Origin: Gammaproteobacteria bacterium
Lineage (GTDB): Bacteria > Pseudomonadota > Gammaproteobacteria > UWMA-0217
Direction: 5' to 3'
Assembly (NCBI GenBank): GCA_027081275.1
Contig: JALWKV010000002.1
Span: forward strand, 1,071 to 65,070
DNA: 64,000 nucleotides
This document shows, piece after piece, positions 53,164 through 62,447 of this stretch. A program made the position numbers and the translations under genes. Position 1 is the first letter of the stretch; each line of letters starts with the position of its first letter. The notes beneath the pieces were generated by a model. That model was not told the origin of the DNA and ran no database searches. It was given only the letters and a program-made list of their open reading frames with translations.

Positions 53164-54396
53164 GTGAGTAAAAGACGTGTAGTAGTGACAGGCATGGGGA
53201 TTGTCTCTCCGGTCGGTTCCACCGTGGACACCGCTTGGCGGAACATCCGTGAAGGCAACAGCGGCATCAGGACGATCACCGACTACGACGTCTCCGATTT
53301 TCCAGTGCAGTTCGCCGGCCTCGTCACCGATTTCGATGCCAGCGACTACATCAGGCCAAAAGACCAGAAGAAGATGGATGTCTTCATCCACTATGGCATC
53401 GGTGCGGGCATGGACGCGCTGAAGGATGCCGGGCTCGAGATCACCGACGAGAATGCCGAGCGCATCGGCGTCGCCATTGGCTCCGGCATCGGTGGCATCG
53501 GCCTGATCGAGAAGAATCACGCGGCGATGCTCAAGGGCGGGCCGCGCAGGATTTCTCCCTTCTTCGTGCCGGCCTCGATATGCAACATGGTCTCCGGCAA
53601 TCTTTCTATCATGACCGGTGCCAAGGGGCCGAACATCGCCATCGTCACGGCCTGCACGACCGGTACCCACAACATCGGTGAAGCGGCGCGGATGATCGCC
53701 TATGGCGACGCCGACGCGATGATCGCCGGCGGCGCAGAGATGGCTTCCACGCCGCTGGGGCTGGCGGGCTTCGCCGCCGCTCGCGCGCTCTCCACCCGCA
53801 ACGATGCGCCGGAGAAGGCGAGCCGGCCGTGGGACAGGGATCGCGACGGCTTCGTGCTTGGCGATGGCGCCGGGGTGGTGATCCTCGAAGAGTATGAGAT
53901 GGCCAGGGCGCGTGGCGCGAACATCTACTGTGAACTGGCCGGTTTCGGCATGAGCGGCGACGCCTACCACATGACCCAGCCGGGGGGCGGCGGCGCTTCC
54001 CGCTGCATGAAGGCCGCGCTGCGCGATGCCGGCCTTGGCGTCGATGACGTGCAGTACATCAACGCGCATGGCACCTCGACGCCCGTCGGCGACGTGGCGG
54101 AAAGCAGGGCGATTCGCGACACCTTTGGCGCGGCGGCGGACAAGCTGATGGTGAGCTCCACCAAGTCGATGACCGGCCATCTGCTCGGCGCCGCCGGTGG
54201 CATCGAGGCGATCTTCTCCATTCTCGCGCTGCGCGACCAGGTCGTGCCGCCGACGATCAATCTCGACAATCAGGATCCCGACTGCGATCTCGACTACGTC
54301 CCCAACGAGGCGCGGGAGGCGAAGCTCGACGCCGTTATGTCCAATTCCTTCGGTTTCGGCGGCACCAACGGCACCCTGTTGTTTACCCGGGTCTGA
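53164..54396 (+). CDS. fabF: 3-oxoacyl-ACP synthase II
   Basis: It has a GTG start at [16 protein letters not shown] (compare E. coli Fab[11 protein letters not shown]); the ORF-track start is upstream and not real. Confidence 0.9.
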   Translation: MSKRRVVVTGMGIVSPVGSTVDTAWRNIREGNSGIRTITDYDVSDFPVQFAGLVTDFDASDYIRPKDQKKMDVFIHYGIGAGMDALKDAGLEITDENAERIGVAIGSGIGGIGLIEKNHAAMLKGGPRRISPFFVPASICNMVSGNLSIMTGAKGPNIAIVTACTTGTHNIGEAARMIAYGDADAMIAGGAEMASTPLGLAGFAAARALSTRNDAPEKASRPWDRDRDGFVLGDGAGVVILEEYEMARARGANIYCELAGFGMSGDAYHMTQPGGGGASRCMKAALRDAGLGVDDVQYINAHGTSTPVGDVAESRAIRDTFGAAADKLMVSSTKSMTGHLLGAAGGIEAIFSILALRDQVVPPTINLDNQDPDCDLDYVPNEAREAKLDAVMSNSFGFGGTNGTLLFTRV

Positions 54397-54430
54397 CCCG
54401 GTTTCTGTCGTTCGGGGAGGCAGTGGTCGC

Positions 54431-55264
54431 ATGAATCCTCTTTTCGCAGCCGCGCTGGTCAATGGGCAACCCGCCTTGGAGATTCCCGTTGCCGATCGGG
54501 GACTGCAGTACGGTGACGGCCTGTTCGAGACGATCCGGGTCAGCAACGGCCGCTGCCGTCACTGGATGCTGCATCTGACGCGGCTGCGCCGTGGTTGCGA
54601 GGCGCTCGGCATCCGCATGCCCGACCCCGAGCTGCTGAAAACCGAAGCGCGTCGCCTGCTCGTCTCCGGCGATTTTCAGGAGGTCATTCTCAAGCTCATC
54701 GTCACCCGGGGGAGCGGCGGGCGCGGCTACGCTCCGCGCAACATGCTGCCGCCGTCACGCATTTTTTCCGTCCACCCGTTGCCGCGCTACCCGGCGCACT
54801 GGTTCAAGCGGGGCGTGCGCGCGCGTTTCTGCGACATGCGCCTGTCGCGCCAGCCGAGACTGGCCGGCATCAAGCATCTCAACAGGCTGGAGCAGGTGCT
54901 GGCGCGGCAGGAGTGGGGCAGCGAGTTTGCCGAGGGGATCATGCTCGACGAGCAGGGCAATGTCGTCGAAGGGGTCATGAGCAATCTCTTCGCGCTGATC
55001 GACGGCAGGCTCGTGACGCCGCCGCTGGAGCAGTGCGGCGTGGCCGGCGTTGTCCGGGAGTGGCTGCTGCGGCGGGCCGACGCGCTCGGCCGCGACGTGG
55101 TCGAGGCGCCGCTGCGCCCCGAGATGCTGCTCGATGCCGAGGCGCTCTTCCTCACCAACTCCGTCATCGGCGTCTGGCAGGTCGCGCAGCTGGGCGAGCA
55201 GAACTGGGAGGCCCATCCGCTGACCGCGCCGCTGCGCGAACTGGCGGCAAGCGATGATGGCTAG
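54431..55264 (+). CDS. pabC: aminodeoxychorismate lyase (PLP fold type IV)
   Basis: It follows fabF as in E. coli and Pseudomonas and has a class IV aminotransferase fold (GDGLFETIRV). Confidence 0.8.
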   Translation: MNPLFAAALVNGQPALEIPVADRGLQYGDGLFETIRVSNGRCRHWMLHLTRLRRGCEALGIRMPDPELLKTEARRLLVSGDFQEVILKLIVTRGSGGRGYAPRNMLPPSRIFSVHPLPRYPAHWFKRGVRARFCDMRLSRQPRLAGIKHLNRLEQVLARQEWGSEFAEGIMLDEQGNVVEGVMSNLFALIDGRLVTPPLEQCGVAGVVREWLLRRADALGRDVVEAPLRPEMLLDAEALFLTNSVIGVWQVAQLGEQNWEAHPLTAPLRELAASDDG

Positions 55265-56285
55265 GGCGGTGCTGGCGCTGCTGCTGGTCGTCGCCGTCGC
55301 GGGTGGCGGCATCGGCTGGTACGCTTGGCGGGAGATGCGGCAGCCGCTGAACATCCCGGAGGAAGGCATCGTCTACGAAGTGCCGCAGGGCGCGTCGATC
55401 CGCGCTCTGGCGCGCGACCTGAAGCAGAAGGGGCTGCTGCCCAACCGGTGGTACTTCGAGGTCTGGGCGCGATGGGTGGAGCCGGGCAGCGCGATCAAGA
55501 CGGGTGAATACTTTCTGCCGGCCGGTTCGACCATCGCCGATGTCCTCAGGTCGTTCCGCGAAGGGGTGCCGGTGCAGCACAAGCTGACCGTCGTCGAGGG
55601 ATCTCGTTTCACTGATGTGGTGGCGAAGCTCAACGAGGCCATCGATGCCGGGCTGATGAAGCGCGTGATCGAACCCGGCCACTACGCCGAGGCCTTCACC
55701 GAGATGACCGGGGAGAAGTCGCCGGAAGGCTGGATCTTTCCCGATACCTACCATTTCCCCAAGGGGCAGACCGACAAGGGCTTTCTTCGTCAGGCGTGGC
55801 TGCGGATGAAGGAGACGCTGGATCGGGCCTGGGCGCAGCGCAAGGAGGGGCTGCCGCTGAATTCGCCCTACGAGGCGCTGATTCTCGCGTCGATCATCGA
55901 GAAGGAGACGGGAGCCGCCGAGGAGCGGCCGATGATCGGCGGCGTGTTCATCAATCGTCTGAAGAAGTCGATGAAATTGCAGACCGACCCCACCGTGATC
56001 TACGGCATGGGCGACCGCTATAAAGGCAATATCCGCAAGAAGGACCTGCGCGCCGACAACCCATTCAATACCTATACCCGCAAGGGACTGCCGCCGACGC
56101 CGATCGCCATGCCGGGCGAGGCGGCGATCATGGCCGCGGTGCAGCCGGCCGACACCGATGCACTGTTCTTCGTCGCCCGCGGCAAGGGGCGGCACTATTT
56201 CTCGGCGACCTACAAGGAGCACAAGCGGGCGGTCATCAAGTACCTGTTGGGTGGTGACGCGAGCCGCTACCGAGGCGGCGACTGA
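55254..56285 (+). CDS. mltG: endolytic murein transglycosylase MltG (YceG)
   Basis: It has an N-terminal transmembrane segment and the YceG domain. Confidence 0.9.
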   Translation: MMARAVLALLLVVAVAGGGIGWYAWREMRQPLNIPEEGIVYEVPQGASIRALARDLKQKGLLPNRWYFEVWARWVEPGSAIKTGEYFLPAGSTIADVLRSFREGVPVQHKLTVVEGSRFTDVVAKLNEAIDAGLMKRVIEPGHYAEAFTEMTGEKSPEGWIFPDTYHFPKGQTDKGFLRQAWLRMKETLDRAWAQRKEGLPLNSPYEALILASIIEKETGAAEERPMIGGVFINRLKKSMKLQTDPTVIYGMGDRYKGNIRKKDLRADNPFNTYTRKGLPPTPIAMPGEAAIMAAVQPADTDALFFVARGKGRHYFSATYKEHKRAVIKYLLGGDASRYRGGD

Positions 56286-56908
56286 TGGGACGGGGGCGTT
56301 TCATCTCCTTCGAGGGCGGCGAGGGCGTCGGCAAGACGACGCAGATCGGTCGGCTGGCGGCGTTTCTGCGCGAGCGGGGCATCGACGTGGTGGTGACCCG
56401 CGAGCCCGGCGGCACCGAGGTGGGCGAAGCGGTTCGTGGCGTGTTGCTCGACAAGTCTTTACCGGCGATGCACGCCGATACCGAGCTGATGCTGATGTAC
56501 GCGGCGCGGGTCGAGCATGTGGAGCGGCTGATTCGTCCCGCGCTGGAAGCCGGACAGTGGGTGCTGTCGGATCGTTTCGCCGACGCCAGCCATGTCTACC
56601 AGGGCGTCGGGCGCGGTCTCGATCCGGCCCGTATCGAGGCGCTGGACGACTGGAGCCTGCGGGGCTTCGCGCCGGACCGGACGATACTGTTCGACATGCC
56701 GGTCGAGGCCGGCATGGCGCGAGTGCGCTCGCGCGGCGCCACCGATCGCTTCGAAGAGGAGACCCTGGCATTCTTCGAGCGCGTGCGTCAGGGCTATCTC
56801 GACCGGGCGAGGCGCTTTCCCGAGCGTTTCGTCGTCATCGACGCCGCGCGGGAAATCGACGAGGTCACCCGTGATCTGATTCGCGTTGTCTCATCATGGC
56901 TGAGCTGA
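56285..56908 (+). CDS. tmk: thymidylate kinase
   Basis: FISFEGGEGVGKTTQ P-loop. Confidence 0.9.
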   Translation: MGRGRFISFEGGEGVGKTTQIGRLAAFLRERGIDVVVTREPGGTEVGEAVRGVLLDKSLPAMHADTELMLMYAARVEHVERLIRPALEAGQWVLSDRFADASHVYQGVGRGLDPARIEALDDWSLRGFAPDRTILFDMPVEAGMARVRSRGATDRFEEETLAFFERVRQGYLDRARRFPERFVVIDAAREIDEVTRDLIRVVSSWLS

Positions 56909-57891
56909 CCCCCTATCCCTGGCAATCGTCGCAGTGGCAGCGCCTGCAGCAGCAGCGCGAGCGCGATCTGCTGCCCCACGCCCTGCTGCTCTATGGCCAG
57001 CCCGGACTCGGTCTCGACCATTTCGCGCACTGCCTGATCCAGTCGCTGCTGTGCGAGGCGCCGACGGCCGACGGCGCGGCTTGCGGGGATTGTCCCGCCT
57101 GTCGCCAGTTCATGCAGGGCGTTTATCCCGACTACTGCGAGGTGGGGATGGCCGAGGACAAGTCGGCCATCCTGGTCGACCAGATCAGGGCGCTCAACGA
57201 GTTCATCGGCCTCACCCAGAGCAGCCGGGGCCGCAAGCTGGTGCTGTTGTCGCCGGCGGACAGGATGAATGTCAATGCCGCCAACAGCCTGCTCAAGACG
57301 CTGGAAGAGCCGTCGGGTGATACCGTCATCGTGCTGGTCGCCCACTCGCTCAGCCGGTTGCCGGCGACGATTCGCAGCCGCTGCCAGCTGGTGAAGTTTG
57401 GCAAGCCGGGCAGGGAGGTAGCCCGGCAGTGGCTGGCGCAACGCGGCTGCGAGCAGATCGATCACCTGCTGCATCTGGCCAATGGCGCGCCCTGTCTGGC
57501 CGAACAGATGAACGATCCGGCGCTGCTCGACAGCTACCAGCAGGTGGTGACGGCGCTGCTGGAGGCGCTGGAGTCGCGTCGTACCGTGCCGGAGCTGCGC
57601 AAGCTGGCGGCCGGTGTCGAGCGGGGCCGGCTGGTGGGGTGGATTCAAAGTGTGTTGCGTGACTTGCAACGAGCGTTCCATGGCCTGCCGGATGCCAGTT
57701 TTGAGAACTCCACCCGGGTTCCGCTGTTGCGTCGCATCGCAGGGTTGCTAGACTCGAAAGCCGTTTTCGAGGTGAGCGACCGGCTGCTCAAGACGGCCGC
57801 GACCGTCGATCACCCACTCAATGCCGATCTGTTTCTGGATGATCTGATCCAGAACTGGATGCAACTGGCGCCGGGCCGGCGCAGCGCATGA
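56896..57891 (+). CDS. holB: DNA polymerase III delta-prime subunit
   Basis: It has an AAA+ clamp-loader fold and Zn-module cysteines (CGDCPAC). Confidence 0.85.
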   Translation: MAELTPYPWQSSQWQRLQQQRERDLLPHALLLYGQPGLGLDHFAHCLIQSLLCEAPTADGAACGDCPACRQFMQGVYPDYCEVGMAEDKSAILVDQIRALNEFIGLTQSSRGRKLVLLSPADRMNVNAANSLLKTLEEPSGDTVIVLVAHSLSRLPATIRSRCQLVKFGKPGREVARQWLAQRGCEQIDHLLHLANGAPCLAEQMNDPALLDSYQQVVTALLEALESRRTVPELRKLAAGVERGRLVGWIQSVLRDLQRAFHGLPDASFENSTRVPLLRRIAGLLDSKAVFEVSDRLLKTAATVDHPLNADLFLDDLIQNWMQLAPGRRSA

Positions 57892-58274
57892 ATGCAACCC
57901 TGCAAACCGGTAGAAACTGGAACATCGATAAAATGGCAGACGGACATCCCATCCTTTCCCTCTCCATCAAGGAGAAGAACTCCCTGTACGCCGCGTACAT
58001 TCCGTTCATCAAGAACGGCGGGCTGTTCATTCCGACCGGCAAGCCCTACCAGCTGGGGGACGAGGTTTTCATCCTGCTGCACCTGATGGATGAGCCCGAC
58101 CGCATTCCGGTTGCAGGCAAGGTCGTCTGGGTCACGCCGCGCGGCGCGTCCGGCAGCCGCACGCCCGGCATCGGCGTCCAGTTCAATCCCGACGACAAGG
58201 GCGGCACGCGGCAGAAGATCGAGGATCTGCTCGGCGGCTCACTCAACACCGAAAAGCCAACGCACACGATGTAG
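57888..58274 (+). CDS. pilZ: PilZ-domain type IV pilus biogenesis protein
   Basis: It has a PilZ domain and overlaps holB by 4 bp, exactly as in the Pseudomonas tmk-holB-pilZ arrangement. Confidence 0.8.
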   Translation: MNATLQTGRNWNIDKMADGHPILSLSIKEKNSLYAAYIPFIKNGGLFIPTGKPYQLGDEVFILLHLMDEPDRIPVAGKVVWVTPRGASGSRTPGIGVQFNPDDKGGTRQKIEDLLGGSLNTEKPTHTM

Positions 58275-58901
58275 CGCGACCGAGTCCAGCAGATGAAGAT
58301 CTTCTGGACGGTCGATGTCATCGAGGGCCGGTAGCAGCTGGTACGCTGCACCGGCCCTTTTCATGTTGCGCAGCGTTCTCTCCAGCACATCCGCGCCACC
58401 CCATTCGATGCCCTCGAAGCAGCGTGACGGCAGTGGCTTGCGCGCGCCCACCAGAACGAAGCCGCCATCGCTCGCCGGAGCGAAAACGAACGGGGTGCGA
58501 CGCAGCGCGTCATGGGCCCGTCGGAAATGGTCCGGCGTGAAAAAAGGGCAGTCGGCGCCGATCAGCAGTACCGGTTGGCGTGACCGGCGCAGTTCGGATG
58601 AGATGGCGTTGCGCATGCGCTGACCGAGATCGCTGCCCGACTGGTCGCATTGCCTGATGGCAAGACGGCGCGCTGCGCGCCGGAGCAGACGTGACGGGGA
58701 GCGCGGCGGCGTCCACAGGCTGACGCTGGCGCCGGGGGTTCGGCGGCACTGCCACAGCGTCTGCATCAGCAGCTGTCGATGCAGCGCCACGCAGCGCGCC
58801 GGGGTTAGCGCCAGTTGCAGCCGCGTCTTGACGCGGCCGTGCCGAGGCGCCTTCGAGAAGACCGCGAGGCTGAAATCCGGGCCGAGGCAGTTACGGCTCA
58901 C
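58239..58901 (-). CDS. DUF2064 family protein (TIGR04282-like glycosyltransferase/nucleotidyltransferase-like)
   Basis: LAVFSKAPRHGRVKTRL ... LLIGADCP ... DIDRPEDL. It is translationally coupled (11-bp overlap) to the upstream GT2 gene. Confidence 0.7.
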   Translation of the reverse strand: MSRNCLGPDFSLAVFSKAPRHGRVKTRLQLALTPARCVALHRQLLMQTLWQCRRTPGASVSLWTPPRSPSRLLRRAARRLAIRQCDQSGSDLGQRMRNAISSELRRSRQPVLLIGADCPFFTPDHFRRAHDALRRTPFVFAPASDGGFVLVGARKPLPSRCFEGIEWGGADVLERTLRNMKRAGAAYQLLPALDDIDRPEDLHLLDSVALHRVRWLFGVE

Positions 58902-59571
58902 GGTAGTAGCGCCGGTACAGCCGTTGTGGCGAAGCGCGGAAGAAATAGGCCAGCCGCAGCCGCCACATCCGCAGAATGCTTCTGATCACGCCATGCCGCT
59001 CCCAGTAGCGCATCGAGATGATGGCCGGCCCGGCGAGGCAGAGAGGCTTCGCGAACCTTTTCAGCCGCTTGCTGAGCGCAATGTCCTCCATCAGCGGCAT
59101 GTCGGGAAAGCCGCCGGCCTGCTCGAAAAGGGAGCGTGAAACGAAGATGGCCTGATCGCCGGTGGCGATGCCGGTGATGCGGCTGCGCCAGTTCATCAGC
59201 GTGGTGATGACGCGAAAGGGCAGGCCGGCCCGGTCGGGCCGGACGTCGAAGCGACCCCAGGTCGTTTCTTGCAGCTCCAGCAGAGGGAGCAATGCGGTTT
59301 CGGTCAGGCGCGTGTCGGCGTGGAGGAACAGCAGCATCCGCCCCTCCGCGATGGCGGCGCCGGCGTTCATCTGCGCTGCCCGCCTGCGTCGCGCCGTCAG
59401 TTGCCGGTCGGAGAGGGGCCTCGCCAGCTCGAGCGTGGCGTCGTCGCTGCCGCCATCGACGACGATGATCTCGACCCGCTTGTTGCGCAAATCCTGTAGC
59501 GGCGCGAGCGCGGCTTCGATATTGCGGGCCTCGTTCAGCGTCGGGATGATGATCGAAAGATCGGGATGCAT
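58891..59571 (-). CDS. family 2 glycosyltransferase (TIGR04283-like)
   Basis: LSIIIPTLNEARNI ... IVVDGGSDD ... GDQAIFV, a GT-A fold. Confidence 0.75.
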   Translation of the reverse strand: MHPDLSIIIPTLNEARNIEAALAPLQDLRNKRVEIIVVDGGSDDATLELARPLSDRQLTARRRRAAQMNAGAAIAEGRMLLFLHADTRLTETALLPLLELQETTWGRFDVRPDRAGLPFRVITTLMNWRSRITGIATGDQAIFVSRSLFEQAGGFPDMPLMEDIALSKRLKRFAKPLCLAGPAIISMRYWERHGVIRSILRMWRLRLAYFFRASPQRLYRRYYREP

Positions 59572-59574
59572 GCG

Positions 59575-60531
59575 CTACAGCGCGCCACCGCAGCTGCTGC
59601 CCTGGCCGGCGGTACAGCCGTAGCAGTGGTCGGCAACGTAGATGGGCGCGCCTTCGAGGCCGTTTTCCAGCAGGTCGCGCAGATGGAGATGGCCTTTCCG
59701 TCCCGGGATGCCGCGCCCCAGCATCTGGTTGAAGTCGCAGTCGTAGAGCTGGCCGCGCCAGTCGACGCTGACGAGCGTGCGGCACATGACGGCGGAGAGA
59801 TTGGCGGGCTGGAACGATTGCTTGAGCAGCGCAAGGTAGTCGTCGAACTCGCCTTTGGAGATGAGGGTGCTGCCGAAGCGGGCGATCGGCATGTTGGTGA
59901 TGCTGAACAGATTGTTGAAGGTGATGCCGTAACGCTGCCGGAGGATGCGACGGTAGTCTTCTTCCAGCGCCTGCTGCGACGGCGGGAGATAGGGGCCGAG
60001 CGGATTGTAGACAAGGTTCAGCACCAGCCCGCTCCGCTTCTCACCGTAACCGAGGGCGTTGAGCCGCCGCAGCCCGGCAATGCTGCGCTCAAAAACGCCG
60101 TTGCCGCGCTGGCTGTCCACGTTTTCCTCGAGATAGCAGGGCAGCGAGGCGACGACCTCGACCTGCTGGCTGGCGAGGAAATCGGCCAGATCCTCCTGCC
60201 CCGCTTCGCCGAGAATGGTGAGGTTGCAGCGGTCGATGACGTGCATGCCCAGCTTCCGCGCGCCGGCGACGAGGCGACGAAAGCCGGGGTTCAGCTCCGG
60301 CGCGCCGCCGGTGAGATCGAGGGTCGAGATCTTGCGCGCCCGCGCCACTTCGAGCACCAGCGCCAGCGTCTCGTCGTCCATTTGCTCGGTGCGGCGTGGC
60401 CCGGCGTTGACGTGGCAGTGCAGGCAGCTCTGATTGCAGCGATAGCCGAGGTTGACCTGCAGCGTATCGATGGTTGCGCGGCGCAGGGCGGGGAAATCGC
60501 TCTGTTCGAGCAGCGGTAGTGTGTCGAGCAT
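59575..60531 (-). CDS. radical SAM / Cys-rich C-terminal domain protein (ArsS-like, TIGR04167-type)
   Basis: It has a CNQSCLHC (Cx3Cx2C) radical-SAM cluster motif and a C-terminal Cys-rich tail (CYGCTAGQGSSCGG). It is the first gene of a three-gene operon. Confidence 0.8.
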   Translation of the reverse strand: MLDTLPLLEQSDFPALRRATIDTLQVNLGYRCNQSCLHCHVNAGPRRTEQMDDETLALVLEVARARKISTLDLTGGAPELNPGFRRLVAGARKLGMHVIDRCNLTILGEAGQEDLADFLASQQVEVVASLPCYLEENVDSQRGNGVFERSIAGLRRLNALGYGEKRSGLVLNLVYNPLGPYLPPSQQALEEDYRRILRQRYGITFNNLFSITNMPIARFGSTLISKGEFDDYLALLKQSFQPANLSAVMCRTLVSVDWRGQLYDCDFNQMLGRGIPGRKGHLHLRDLLENGLEGAPIYVADHCYGCTAGQGSSCGGAL

Positions 60532-60548
60532 GGTGGGTTCGCCTGTTG

Positions 60549-60592
60549 AGTAATCTCTGAACAATTCAGGGATGAATTGTTCAGAGATTACT
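60549..60592. promoter_or_regulatory. perfect 19-bp inverted repeat (AGTAATCTCTGAACAATTC-agggat-GAATTGTTCAGAGATTACT), candidate operator at the 5' end of the radical-SAM operon
   Basis: The symmetry is exact. It is centred ~40 bp upstream of the likely ATG (60531) of the radical-SAM gene and is AT-richer than its surroundings. Confidence 0.5.
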
Positions 60593-60696
60593 ATAAAGCA
60601 TCACGATGCCGCTCGCGCCGCGCGGCGGTGCAGGCCGGGGTGAGAAAGGGTACAATCGGATCTCCCCAGAGGCGCCGTTTTACGGATGGACCACCG

Positions 60697-60939
60697 ATGA
60701 ACTGGCTCAGACAGACCCCCACTGTTCCCTTTGCGATCATTGCCATCATGCTGGCGATGGCGCCGTTCAAACCCGAACCGCATCTTATCGAAAAACTGCG
60801 CATGCTGGGGGCGGGCGAGCTGACGCGTCCACTGGATATCTTCGACCTGTTTCTGCATGGCACGCCACTGGTGCTGTTTCTCGTCAAGATCTTCATTGCC
60901 GATCGCCAGGGCACTGCCGACGCAGCCGATGATTCCTGA
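60697..60939 (+). CDS. hypothetical small membrane protein (80 aa)
   Basis: MNWLRQTPTVPFAIIAIMLAMAPF... has one or two predicted transmembrane helices. It is divergent from the radical-SAM operon. Support is weak. Confidence 0.35.
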   Translation: MNWLRQTPTVPFAIIAIMLAMAPFKPEPHLIEKLRMLGAGELTRPLDIFDLFLHGTPLVLFLVKIFIADRQGTADAADDS

Positions 60940-61055
60940 TTGCGCGCCACGGCCGGCTTCCGGCCCACTGCCCTGTCATTTCCCTTCGCGCGCGGACGCC
61001 TGCCTCGGCCCCGTGTCCTGCGCGAGCCGCTCTTGATCCGCGTCAAACCTCGACC

Positions 61056-61646
61056 ATGCTGACCGCTCACGACGAGTCCCTGTTCCGCAGCAGCGGCTAT
61101 CTGGAGGATGGCGTCATCGTCGATGCCGGTGGCGGGCAGCATCCGATCAGCGATCTTCCTCCCTTTCTGCGCACGCTGCTGGTGGCCGATGGCACGGTCA
61201 CCAAGGCGCTGGAGGCCTATTTCTGGGAGCCTGTCGCCGTGCGGCCCCTGCAGCAGAAGCTGGAGCGACACGCCGGGCCGATCAGGGGGCTGGCATTCGG
61301 GCAGGAGCATCCGCTGCTGCATCGCGAGGTGAGTCTCGAAGGCCGCGACAGCGGCACCCGCTATGCCCTGGCGCGCTCCTTTCTTGCGCTCGAAAACCTG
61401 CCCACCCATTTTGCCGAGGCCATCGTTGCCGGCAAGATGGGGATCGGCGAGTTGCTCCGCGAGCAGGGCGTCGAGACCTACCGCGACATCATCGGGCTGG
61501 ATTATCTCCCTCGCGGCGCAGCCACCGACGAACGGCTGGAAAAGCTCGATGACGATATCGTTGCGCGCTCCTACCGGATCAGCGTGTCCGGGGTTCCGGC
61601 CATTCTGGTAACTGAGTACTTTCCGGTCGGTCGCTATTTGCCCTAG
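61056..61646 (+). CDS. chorismate lyase (UbiC/DUF98) family protein
   Basis: LLVADGTVTKALE ... LVTEYFPVGRYLP resembles E. coli UbiC (LLEDSMTKRFE ... LTELFLPASPLY). Confidence 0.55.
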   Translation: MLTAHDESLFRSSGYLEDGVIVDAGGGQHPISDLPPFLRTLLVADGTVTKALEAYFWEPVAVRPLQQKLERHAGPIRGLAFGQEHPLLHREVSLEGRDSGTRYALARSFLALENLPTHFAEAIVAGKMGIGELLREQGVETYRDIIGLDYLPRGAATDERLEKLDDDIVARSYRISVSGVPAILVTEYFPVGRYLP

Positions 61647-61705
61647 AGTGCCCGAGACCACCGGCCGGTGGCGGCCAGACGGATCCAGTCAAGGGAACTG
61701 AGCAG

Positions 61706-62038
61706 ATGATTTATGTGAAGCGATCGACCGAAGGCGAGATCACGGATATCCGCTTTTCGCCCGATCCGGGATTCGAGCAGGCCAATCTGTTCGATCCGGA
61801 GGTGAGCGAATTTCTTCAGTCCTCGTCGGAAAACAGCGCGCTGATCAAGGATGTCCTCGATCGCGTCGACATGGAAATGGGGCGCGTCGTCGAGGATCTC
61901 ATCGACGTGCTGGTCGACAAGGGCGTGCTCAATTTCACCGATCTGCCCGAGGTCGTCCAGAACAAGCTGCTGTTCAAGAAAACCATCCGGAACGCACTCA
62001 GCACGGAGTTTTCCATTCCCGACGAAATCCCGTTGTAG
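61706..62038 (+). CDS. hypothetical acidic protein (110 aa)
   Basis: It has good codon usage and is followed by the hairpin GCTACGGCC-gggt-GGCCGTAGC (62040-62068). Confidence 0.5.
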   Translation: MIYVKRSTEGEITDIRFSPDPGFEQANLFDPEVSEFLQSSSENSALIKDVLDRVDMEMGRVVEDLIDVLVDKGVLNFTDLPEVVQNKLLFKKTIRNALSTEFSIPDEIPL

Positions 62039-62447
62039 CCCCGGCTACGGCCGGGTGGCCGTAGCTTGCACAAGGGTTGCAGGTGGGCCCCCGATACCCT
62101 CCCTCTCCGCCACCCGGTTCATCACATTTTTCCTTCGGATTTTTTTCTGGTTTACCGGCTTTTGCTGCTTGTCGGGTGCGCTCCGGGCTCATGCCGGGTC
62201 TTGCCAGGAGGCGTGGGTGAGGCGTCGCGGCGTGAGCCCTTCAAATTTCTGTGACGCTGGAGGCGGCAACAATGTTCCGCCTGCTTTTTCCTCTTTTGTC
62301 TCCGCCTGATCTGTGCTGTTCGTCAGGAGAAACGGTTGCGCAATACGATAGGGTGGCTTCCCTGCAAGGTCATGGCCGGACGCCTGCTTCAGTTCAATGG
62401 AGAGTGACGGGCCAATAAAAACAATAATCAAGACCGGAGAAGAAGAA

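Noticed and set aside
60591-61661. 356-aa minus-strand ORF
   Set aside because: Its Arg/Gly-rich translation is antisense to the chorismate-lyase-family gene and the small membrane-protein ORF, and it has no motif support.
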